A stretch of DNA of 32,000 bases from Candidatus Kuenenia stuttgartensis. Its GTDB lineage: Bacteria > Planctomycetota > Brocadiia > Brocadiales > Brocadiaceae. The DNA is taken from contig NZ_LT934425.1 in assembly GCF_900232105.1 (NCBI RefSeq), positions 2,010,001 to 2,042,000 of the forward strand. The letters run 5' to 3'. Made by a program: the position numbers and the translations under genes. Shown one piece after another: positions 25,121 to 32,000 of the stretch. The stretch's first letter is position 1. Each line of letters starts with the position of its first letter. The notes under the pieces are model-generated. The model was not told where the DNA came from. It did not search any database and worked only from the letters and a program-made list of their open reading frames with translations.

Positions 25121-25525
25121 ATGGAAAATTCGCAAAAACAGCCAAATAAATCTTCACCTGTAAAAAAACAACTTATTATTATCTTTTTTCTTACAACGGC
25201 TTTATTTGCCGGAATTGCAATAAAGGCAGGAAGAGATTACCATTGGTGGTTGCCGGAAACGGAAATCGTAAGCGTTCTTACCCCCGAAGACATAAAAACA
25301 AAAATCGATATTAATGAGTCCCCCTGGTATGAATTGTTATTATTGCCAAAAGTAGGAGAGGCAAAGGCAAAAGCAATTGTTGCCTATCGCGAAAAATATG
25401 GCAGATTTGAAAGCCTGGATGAATTGAGCCGCATCGACGGCATAGGAAAGAAGATAATAGCGTTATTAAAAGATTGCGCGATAGCAGGTACCGGCAGTGC
25501 GCATGTATCAGACAATCATGAATGA
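25121..25525 (+). CDS. ComEA-like helix-hairpin-helix DNA-binding protein
   Basis: N-terminal membrane anchor, then LLLLPKVGEAKAKAIVAYREKYGRFESLDELSRIDGIGKKII (HhH pair). The tracked start 24935 was rejected because that stretch is the family B repeat. Confidence 0.75.
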   Translation: MENSQKQPNKSSPVKKQLIIIFFLTTALFAGIAIKAGRDYHWWLPETEIVSVLTPEDIKTKIDINESPWYELLLLPKVGEAKAKAIVAYREKYGRFESLDELSRIDGIGKKIIALLKDCAIAGTGSAHVSDNHE

Positions 25526-25602
25526 AATAACAACTAACGAAAATAGCCGTAAAGGAACCGGAATATCTGTTTTCAGACTAAACGATAGGAAAGTATGTGT
25601 TT

Positions 25603-27570
25603 ATGTATGATTTTGAATTAATCTCCCCCTTCGAACCCGAAGGCGACCAGCCGGAGGCAATCCGCAAACTGGTGGAAAATTACAGGAAAAACGTCACATT
25701 TCAAACATTGCTTGGTGTTACAGGATCGGGCAAGACATTTACTATGGCAAATGTCATTGCTGCATTAGGAAAACCGACACTGGTTATGACTCACAATAAA
25801 ACCCTTGCAGCGCAGCTTTACAGCGAATTTAAAGATTTTTTCCCTAAGAATGCGGTGGGGTACTTCGTGAGTTATTACGATTATTATCAACCCGAGGCAT
25901 ATATTCCGCAGCGTGATATTTATATTGAAAAAGAGGCAACGATTAACCAGGAAATTGACCGGTTACGATTGGCGGCGACCAGTGTCCTTATGTCGCGCAA
26001 AGACGTAATTATTGTCGCAAGCGTTTCCTGTATATATGGTCTTGGATCCCCGGCAGAATATCAGGAAATGTATCTGCATCTCAGCAAGGGCGATGAAGTA
26101 GAACGGGACACTGTTTTGAAAAAACTTATCAGTATTCAATACGAACGGAATGACAGCCATTTTAGACGCGGAACATTCCGGGTACGGGGGGATGTTATCG
26201 AAGTGTTTCCCGCCTACGAAGAGTTTGCGTACCGGGTGGAATTGTTCGGGGATGAGGTGGATAAGATTTCCATGATAGACCCTTTAACTGGCAATACATT
26301 GCAAAAAATAAAAGAGGTTTCTGTTTATCCTGCAAAGCATTTTGTCATGCCGGAAGAGAAAATAGAACGTGTTGTCCAATCAATTACCGCTGAATTAAAT
26401 GACCGCCTTAAGGACCTTCGTTCCCGTGATAAGTTGTTGGAGGCGCAGCGTCTGGAAGCGCGGACGCGGTATGATATTGAAATGCTTCTGGAAATAGGGT
26501 ATTGCCATGGCATTGAAAATTATTCAAGGCACATAAGCGGACGAGCGCCGGGAGAGCCGCCTTATACGCTGTTTGATTATTTCCCGAAAGATTTTTTCCT
26601 CATCGTTGACGAGTCCCATGTTTCAACGCCTCAAATTGCCGGCATGTATCATGGGGACAGGGCGCGTAAAGAAACGCTGGTTGAATATGGCTTCCGGTTG
26701 CCATCCGCCCTTGATAACCGTCCGCTGAGGTTTGATGAGTGGGAATCAAGGATTAAGCAGATACTTTTTGTTTCAGCAACCCCCGGCCCTTACGAACTGA
26801 AAAAATCTCAAAACAATATCGTGGAACAGATTATTCGCCCTACCGGCCTTGTGGATCCGATAATTTACGTAAAACCTGCAAAAACACAGGTCAATGATTT
26901 GATAACGGAAATTAAAAAAAGAACTTTGAGAAAAGAACGGACGCTTGTCACCACATTGACAAAACGGCTGGCGGAGGACTTAAGCGGGTATTTAAAGGAA
27001 GAGGGGATTAAGTGTATGTATCTGCACTCCGAGATTAATGCCATAGAAAGAGTCACTATTCTCAGGGAGTTGAGAATGGGGACGTTTGATGTATTAATTG
27101 GCGTCAATTTGTTACGGGAAGGATTAGACTTACCCGAGGTTTCTTTGGTGGCTATTCTTGATGCGGACAAGGAAGGTTTTCTCCGTTCGGAAACCTCCCT
27201 TATACAAACCATTGGCAGGACAGCCCGGAATGTCAACGCTGAGGTGATATTGTATGGGGATGAAATAACAAAATCCATGCGGCGGGCAATTGACGAAACC
27301 AACCGGCGCCGGGCAATTCAAAGCGCATATAATAAGGAACATAACATTACTCCCGCTACAATACAAAAGGAAATCAAAAAGGGGATAGAGTCCGATATTT
27401 CTTCGCATAAGATAGTCTATGAAGCCGTTGCGGAAAGCGAAGAAGAATACATTACCCAGGAGTACCTTAACGAATTGGAAGCCGAAATGCTGAAAGCCGC
27501 CGAGGAATTGGCGTTTGAGAGGGCGGCGGAATTAAGAGACAAGATACAACAGCTTAAAAAAAGTGTGTAG
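25603..27570 (+). CDS. uvrB: Excinuclease ABC subunit B
   Basis: [11 protein letters not shown], Walker [14 protein letters not shown] box (VDESHVS). C-terminal UVR domain [23 protein letters not shown] 25597 is an alternative start. Confidence 0.97.
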   Translation: MYDFELISPFEPEGDQPEAIRKLVENYRKNVTFQTLLGVTGSGKTFTMANVIAALGKPTLVMTHNKTLAAQLYSEFKDFFPKNAVGYFVSYYDYYQPEAYIPQRDIYIEKEATINQEIDRLRLAATSVLMSRKDVIIVASVSCIYGLGSPAEYQEMYLHLSKGDEVERDTVLKKLISIQYERNDSHFRRGTFRVRGDVIEVFPAYEEFAYRVELFGDEVDKISMIDPLTGNTLQKIKEVSVYPAKHFVMPEEKIERVVQSITAELNDRLKDLRSRDKLLEAQRLEARTRYDIEMLLEIGYCHGIENYSRHISGRAPGEPPYTLFDYFPKDFFLIVDESHVSTPQIAGMYHGDRARKETLVEYGFRLPSALDNRPLRFDEWESRIKQILFVSATPGPYELKKSQNNIVEQIIRPTGLVDPIIYVKPAKTQVNDLITEIKKRTLRKERTLVTTLTKRLAEDLSGYLKEEGIKCMYLHSEINAIERVTILRELRMGTFDVLIGVNLLREGLDLPEVSLVAILDADKEGFLRSETSLIQTIGRTARNVNAEVILYGDEITKSMRRAIDETNRRRAIQSAYNKEHNITPATIQKEIKKGIESDISSHKIVYEAVAESEEEYITQEYLNELEAEMLKAAEELAFERAAELRDKIQQLKKSV

Positions 27571-27606
27571 TAAAGATCAAACGGCATTTTATCGTAATTT
27601 GATAAC

Positions 27607-27678
27607 GTAGGGGCAAAGCATTTGCCGGTTTAGGCATGAGCGCATGTCTGCCGGTTATCGCAAATGCTTCGCCCCTAC
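27607..27678. repeat. Family A palindromic element between convergent uvrB and the DprA-like gene (possible bidirectional terminator structure)
   Basis: Arms gtaggggcaaagcatttgc / gcaaatgcttcgcccctac, 18/19 paired. The loop contains gtttaggcatgagcgcat. Confidence 0.85.
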
Positions 27679-27747
27679 ATTTTGTTTCCAGACGTAAGCC
27701 AGTGGCTTTAGTCTGATTGAGTATATATGCTTTAAAATCCCAATCTC

Positions 27748-28335
27748 TTATCCAGTTTTAAAGGATGAAATTGTTTTCCCTGTGCGTGAAATGTCCGTAA
27801 TGATCTTTTCAATATTTCCACACGGTAAGGCATAGGCGATAAATATTTCATCCGCCAGTTCTGCCATTAAGTGGTTCCTCTGGTTGGCCGTTTCTCTGGT
27901 AACTCGTTTAACCTTTTCATCAAATGGTGTAGCGATCAACAGTCTGTTTTTATCCAGGGCATCCTTTAATTCGGGCTCTAGTCTCTTTTTAAGACCTCTT
28001 GCCAGTGCAAGGATGATGGGCTGTGCGCCTTTGAGCAGGTAATGCAACACATCTTTCTCTATTTTGGAATGAAAACCTGATATGACACAAACGCCTTTTT
28101 CCCTTTGTGCAATTGCCCAGTCATACGATTTGAGGATGATATCAGCCGGGCATTTGCGGGAACATAAGAAGGCGATTTTGTGGTCTTTAAGTATCTGCTT
28201 ATTCCCCATATAATTTATATTGTTTTGTGATAGGGGCGAAGCATTTTCCATGACAATGCCCGGAAGCGGTTTAATGGGCAAGGAAAATGCTTTGCCCCTA
28301 CAGGCATCGTTTTGATTATTATTTGTTGTCGCCAT
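27748..28335 (-). CDS. DprA-like (Smf/DprA-LOG, SLOG-type Rossmann) protein, short form
   Basis: IAFLCSRKCP...VISGFHSKIEKDVLHYLL...IILALARGL...QRNHLMAELADEIFIA parallels the DprA Rossmann-domain pattern (GSR..., SGxAxGID..H, RNRxIA). ATG 28335 has GGGGA 7 nt upstream, but codons 11-35 are encoded by a family A repeat. Alternative start at ATG 28209. Confidence 0.6.
   Translation of the reverse strand: MATTNNNQNDACRGKAFSLPIKPLPGIVMENASPLSQNNINYMGNKQILKDHKIAFLCSRKCPADIILKSYDWAIAQREKGVCVISGFHSKIEKDVLHYLLKGAQPIILALARGLKKRLEPELKDALDKNRLLIATPFDEKVKRVTRETANQRNHLMAELADEIFIAYALPCGNIEKIITDISRTGKTISSFKTG
28231..28300. repeat. Family A palindromic element (divergent copy) inside the 5' part of the DprA-like ORF
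   Basis: Arms taggggcgaagcattttcc / ggaaaatgctttgccccta, 18/19 paired. Confidence 0.8.
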
Positions 28336-28458
28336 TATTATGTCCCCTGCGGTATTTGATGTCGTAGTTCCGTAAGTATTACCCCATTGATTCTTAATGC
28401 AGAGAGCAGGTTAGTATTTTGTTCTTCTTTTGGGATGCAGTTATTTCTTTTTCAATTC

Positions 28459-28809
28459 TTAATCGGGATAGGCAATTCTTTTTGCTGATTTGGCAAGCAC
28501 TCGCGATATCTTTTTAGTAATTTCGCCCTTTATCAAGGCGTGGGCATAGTTGGCGGGTTGCGGGTCATGCACACATTCTAGCCCCAATTCTCTTGGTTGT
28601 TGTGCTTTTAGATAATACAACCTAAATCTGTGTATATCTTGAATACTATCCTCGTAGGAGGTTAATCTTTCAACGTTTACAGAAAGGCCATACTCTCCTT
28701 TTTTTAATTGAAATGCACATGAGGTAAGCGTGCCATCATCCCTTACATAATTAGGATCAATAAAGGGAACTCTTCTCAGCAGATTATCATTATCCAGTAT
28801 GGCTTCCAT
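28459..28809 (-). CDS. Hypothetical 116-aa protein (third gene of the coupled triad; possible toxin/effector)
   Basis: Start in a TAATG overlap with the upstream gene. Features LLRRVPF...GLSVNVE...NYAHALIKG. I can name no family. Confidence 0.6.
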   Translation of the reverse strand: MEAILDNDNLLRRVPFIDPNYVRDDGTLTSCAFQLKKGEYGLSVNVERLTSYEDSIQDIHRFRLYYLKAQQPRELGLECVHDPQPANYAHALIKGEITKKISRVLAKSAKRIAYPD

Positions 28810-29282
28810 TAAAACAGTTCAAGTATTTGAGGCAATAAATGATCAAGCGCACCCTCTGAAATACAGGCATCGCCCTCATAAATCAAAACCTCATTTGAAT
28901 TATCGGCATTGAAATATACTTCAGCCTCGTAATTTCCTTTTCTAAGCTCTACCACAATTTCCCCATTAGGTCCTGGAGCAACAAAGTAAACCGGAATTCC
29001 ATGCGCATCAATGACTCTTATAAATGATAATGCATTAACAATGGCGCTTTCTGAAGGTTTTTCAGCTCCATAACTATCCCAATTATCTGCAAAATTTCTA
29101 AAACCTAAAATTTTTGAGGTAGCCTTCATGGCTGCATTACTTAATGAAGGCGTTTGTGGATAAATGTCTATAACAATGCTCGTATTCCATTCCTGTTGTT
29201 CGGTTTCGAATGCTTCTGAAAGATAAATAGAAGAGCTTGCGCAACGTTTTCTATATGGAGACGCTTCTTGTAAAGCTGTCAT
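28809..29282 (-). CDS. Hypothetical 157-aa protein with NWDSYGA motif (second gene of the coupled triad)
   Basis: ATG 29282 is preceded by AAGGGGGAAG. It overlaps the end of the upstream gene by 32 nt. I can name no family. Confidence 0.6.
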   Translation of the reverse strand: MTALQEASPYRKRCASSSIYLSEAFETEQQEWNTSIVIDIYPQTPSLSNAAMKATSKILGFRNFADNWDSYGAEKPSESAIVNALSFIRVIDAHGIPVYFVAPGPNGEIVVELRKGNYEAEVYFNADNSNEVLIYEGDACISEGALDHLLPQILELF

Positions 29283-30042
29283 AAAACTTCCCCCTTGTCA
29301 TTTCTTTAAATAACGGTGAAATAATCTCGTGTGCATGTGTGCACCATTTCGTCATTTCATTTCTAGTAAACCTGCCTTTTTTGACAATTGCTGTTTGCCA
29401 AACCAGTGTGGGATCATGGGTTTTTTTATCACTGCCTGTTGTTACGTTAATGTGCAAAGCAGACCCATCTTTTAACCCGAATGTTTGATTCAGGTTCAGA
29501 CCTTCCATCGGACCGAGTGTGTCAAAATGGTTATGCAGTTCTATTTTCAGTGAATCATGTATAAAGGGTAATAAATTATCTTTGACGGTTACTTGATAAT
29601 CTTTCAATTTTACAGCATCAATGTAGCGTAGGCTGCAAAAATTCAGGTTTATTTTTTGATTATATGCCTCAAATAGCTTATTGGTAGATTCTAAAATCAG
29701 TGGGAAAAAGGTATCCTTCCAACAATACTTTTTGTCGGTATCATTTACTGTAAAAATCCCGGGACCCAATTGCAGTACGGGCCAAATATCTTCACCTTTC
29801 CAAAACTGATAGATAACGGAATAGTTTAGTAAATCTGTTGGAAAATCATCGGGAATTTTACGTACTATGTGAGGAAAATCATTTTTTAGCAAGGTGGCCA
29901 ATGTTCCTAAAGCAATAGCAAAACCCTCATCAAATTCCCGATTGCTGTCCGGATTTATATTTAAATCCCAGCGAATTTCAAATATCACTTCTTGTAAGGG
30001 TGCGTTAGGGAGTTTTTCGATATGTTCGTTATTCGATATCAT
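29251..30042 (-). CDS. TIGR04255-like uncharacterised protein (263 aa)
   Basis: N-terminus ...KLPNAPLQEVIFEIRWDL resembles the signature I associate with the function-unknown TIGR04255 family, and the length (about 260 aa) fits. The assignment is from memory and was not searched. Confidence 0.6.
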   Translation of the reverse strand: MISNNEHIEKLPNAPLQEVIFEIRWDLNINPDSNREFDEGFAIALGTLATLLKNDFPHIVRKIPDDFPTDLLNYSVIYQFWKGEDIWPVLQLGPGIFTVNDTDKKYCWKDTFFPLILESTNKLFEAYNQKINLNFCSLRYIDAVKLKDYQVTVKDNLLPFIHDSLKIELHNHFDTLGPMEGLNLNQTFGLKDGSALHINVTTGSDKKTHDPTLVWQTAIVKKGRFTRNEMTKWCTHAHEIISPLFKEMTRGKFYDSFTRSVSI

Positions 30043-30072
30043 ATTTTATTAATAATACGATTTATTTGTTAA

Positions 30073-30096
30073 TATAGGAATAGGGCTATTCCTATA
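30073..30096. promoter_or_regulatory. Perfect 10-bp-stem palindrome 31 nt upstream of the triad start codon (candidate operator or 5' hairpin)
   Basis: tataggaata-gggc-tattcctata inside a 340-bp AT-rich gap. Confidence 0.3.
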
Positions 30097-30234
30097 GATT
30101 TATTGATCTTATACATTGTTTAACCTGAAATCAAGGATTGAGTATTGAAGAGAAATTAAAAAAAACACAAAAGCAAAAATCAATTATTACGAAAAATTTG
30201 ATGGAATATTCCAATGAAATAAAACTTATTCTTT

Positions 30235-30258
30235 GTCTTCGTCTTCGTCTTCGTCTTC
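30235..30258. repeat. Tandem hexamer (gtcttc) x 4
   Basis: Read directly from the sequence. The minus strand would encode EDEDEDED inside a 15-codon ORF. Confidence 0.9.
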
Positions 30259-30381
30259 AAGTTCTTTGCCCATGCGGTATTAATATCATAGTTGATACCT
30301 TGTCCTGAGCCAAGCCGAAGGAATGAAGTCTAATTCCTCATCGGTGAAACCGTAGTGGCGAGCTAAACCGCAAACAAGCTG

Positions 30382-30570
30382 TTATTTAATGGAATGCGCC
30401 AATTCAATTTTAGAAAATGCTTTCATTAACATTCCTTCTATGTTTACAATGAACAATCCCATGGCAAAAGAAGTCCGTTGGGCTTTGGCACAAGTTTTTT
30501 GCAACGTGTTATCTGCCGGTGCAAACACATTTTCTAATAGAAGGACAAATTTATAATCTTCCGACCACAT
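30382..30570 (-). CDS. Hypothetical 62-aa ORF
   Basis: ORF only. Weak ribosome-binding site, no recognisable family; could be a gene remnant. Confidence 0.25.
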   Translation of the reverse strand: MWSEDYKFVLLLENVFAPADNTLQKTCAKAQRTSFAMGLFIVNIEGMLMKAFSKIELAHSIK

Positions 30571-30578
30571 ATCGTCTT

Positions 30579-30809
30579 CTAGTTTTCCCTCCTAAAATTA
30601 TCCTCAATCTCATTTAGTCTTTCCCGGCACTGATTTATCATGTGTAAAACACATTTAGTACAGTAGAAAGAATCCTTGTACATACCATCTTTGACCTTAA
30701 GAACGAGTTGACCCTTCTGGATAGAATGGGCATCATCGTGATAGCATTTTCGCTTTCTGCCAGCGACATCAACCGAATGAGTCTTAAGCATGCTTTTGTA
30801 TTTTGCCAT
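30579..30809 (-). CDS. Hypothetical 76-aa basic Cys/His-containing protein, coupled to the helicase
   Basis: ATG 30809 lies 1 nt after the helicase TGA (30813-30811) and is preceded by GGAAGGT. Contains RKRKCYHDDAH...FYCTKC (possible zinc site). The tracked start 30944 was rejected because it overlaps the helicase. Confidence 0.5.
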   Translation of the reverse strand: MAKYKSMLKTHSVDVAGRKRKCYHDDAHSIQKGQLVLKVKDGMYKDSFYCTKCVLHMINQCRERLNEIEDNFRREN

Positions 30810-30810
30810 T

Positions 30811-32000
30811 TCAGTTACCTTCCATTTTTTTTCTAATTTCAGACACCAGTTTATCAATAATTTCATCCATGTTGTCATGAGCATTTTTGAGTTGGTTTTC
30901 CGTGAGTAAATCTCGTTCCCGTGAGCAAACATGCAAGTATTCAAGGACTGCTCTATTAATTAAAATTATTGCCGCCGGAAGATTAGCAGATGCAGTTGTT
31001 GATGGAAAATGCTTTGGGAGGTCTAATCCACCAATCTTCAACTGAAGTTCATTTAATAGTTGCTTTGCTGCAGAACGTACTCTCTCATCAAGACGCCGCC
31101 TTGCTGCCTTTCTCGCTTCTTGTGGGGACACCTGAAGTTTACTGAGAGTTCCTCTTTTTTGTGCTTGTAAGTATGATTGCATGAGCTTAGTCTCTAATTC
31201 CTCACGAGACAAACCAAAAACTTCAAAATCAATCCCTCGCATTTGCATTGTCTGAATTAAGTCCTCGACAGCTATTCTGGTGTCTTCTGGTACAAAATGA
31301 TCCTGAACAAAATGTACGATGGCCTCTTCAATTACCTCCATTTCAGGTCTGAAGCGTTTGCGACTTGGAGCAGGGTCTTTTTCACTGCTTTTATGAAGAA
31401 TGAACTCATGCTTACCAAATGCAAGTTCTGCAAAGAATGCCTCATCATCTTGGTCAAATTCCTTTAACTCATTCCACCACCGGTCAACATTGAGGCCAAC
31501 ATGAGAAACAACAAAACCACGATTAGCTGGATGACCAGGAGCGTTTTGTTTAATAACACGCATTACACGACCCACGAATTGAACGTATGGCATCAAATGC
31601 CTGTAAGGCCTGAATATCGCAGCTACGCTTAAGTTTGGATAATCTGCACCTTCACCAAGCATTTGGACTTGTACTATTGCATCAATACTTTTTGTTTGTA
31701 GCTTATTTCTAACCTTATATTGTTCTTCTTCTGGCAGATTACTGTGTATAATTTCTGTTCGAATGTTCCTCTCGGTGTATAAAGCCCTAATTGAATTTGC
31801 ATGGTCAATTGAGCATGCAACGGCTATTATTTGGTGCACTTCCCCACTTTCTTTCAATTCTTGCAGGCTTTGGATGGAAGCATCAACAATGCTTTCGTTA
31901 CATTCACGAGACAGTGCTACGCCTTTACTAAACCAATCTTTTTCCCGTAACATCAGGACGTCGTTTAGCCCAACTTTTCGGTTCTCGCCTTTGTAGGTAA
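30811..32000 (-). CDS. SF2 helicase (ResIII/DEAD-like family), C-terminal portion; N-terminus lies right of the window
   Basis: Frame open to the window edge (...TYKGENRKVGLNDVLMLREK...). Helicase C-terminal motifs QMLGEGADYP (V) and QFVGRVMR (VI). About 230-aa helical C-terminal extension of unknown function. Confidence 0.85.
   Translation of the reverse strand, partial: TYKGENRKVGLNDVLMLREKDWFSKGVALSRECNESIVDASIQSLQELKESGEVHQIIAVACSIDHANSIRALYTERNIRTEIIHSNLPEEEQYKVRNKLQTKSIDAIVQVQMLGEGADYPNLSVAAIFRPYRHLMPYVQFVGRVMRVIKQNAPGHPANRGFVVSHVGLNVDRWWNELKEFDQDDEAFFAELAFGKHEFILHKSSEKDPAPSRKRFRPEMEVIEEAIVHFVQDHFVPEDTRIAVEDLIQTMQMRGIDFEVFGLSREELETKLMQSYLQAQKRGTLSKLQVSPQEARKAARRRLDERVRSAAKQLLNELQLKIGGLDLPKHFPSTTASANLPAAIILINRAVLEYLHVCSRERDLLTENQLKNAHDNMDEIIDKLVSEIRKKMEGN

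Noticed and set aside
13035-28300. Recurrent palindromic repeats considered as a CRISPR array
   Set aside because: The copies are kilobases apart and are not regularly spaced by 25-40 nt spacers. Their orientations vary and no cas genes are present.
30226-30273. 15-codon minus-strand ORF MGKELEDEDEDEDKE over the (gtcttc)x4 repeat
   Set aside because: No ribosome-binding site, and the acidic run is just the hexamer repeat read in frame. It is retained only as a tandem-repeat feature.
30301-30325. tgtcctgagccaagccgaaggaatg as a relic of the same repeat family as the hsdR insertion
   Set aside because: It shares only the cgaagg word and a general resemblance, which is too short and too diverged to call.
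1-32000. tRNA, rRNA, tmRNA, integrase or transposase genes that might delimit the accessory regions
   Set aside because: No cloverleaf-like T-arm (GGTTCGAATCC-type) or rRNA-like segment was seen in any intergenic gap, and no ORF has integrase or transposase motifs. Island borders therefore remain undefined within this window.

Overview
This window comes from a diderm bacterium and mixes housekeeping and accessory DNA, with unusually repeat-rich intergenic regions. The repeat vocabulary resembles that of uncultivated anammox-type Planctomycetota and cyanobacterial STRR repeats, but I cannot verify the lineage from this sequence. Left end (1-3930): the tail of a type I restriction-modification locus. 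It holds a partial Fic gene, an AlbA_2/HATPase_c_4 regulator, and an hsdR that is frameshifted and 3'-truncated; all three are joined by ATGA stop/start overlaps. Next comes a minus-strand housekeeping and heat-shock block: argC, lon, hsp20 and groEL (no groES). After that: hicAB, an orphan sugar-type ABC permease + ATPase pair, a small membrane ORF, and a 1232-aa MscK-like mechanosensitive channel. Then a TonB-dependent receptor and a COG2984-type periplasmic binding protein, a 0.5-kb nest of palindromes, a HAMP-PAS-GGDEF-EAL sensor, a comEA-like gene and uvrB. Right end (27748-32000, all minus strand, visibly AT-richer): a DprA-like/SLOG protein, a translationally coupled triad (TIGR04255-like 263 aa, 157 aa, 116 aa), two tiny ORFs and a partial SF2 helicase. 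This right end is my best candidate for an uncharacterised conflict/defence locus, but no named system matches it and the call is inference. At least six families of dispersed, palindromic or heptameric repeats fill almost every intergenic gap, and two intrude into coding sequence. I recognised no rRNA, tRNA, CRISPR array, transposase or integrase.
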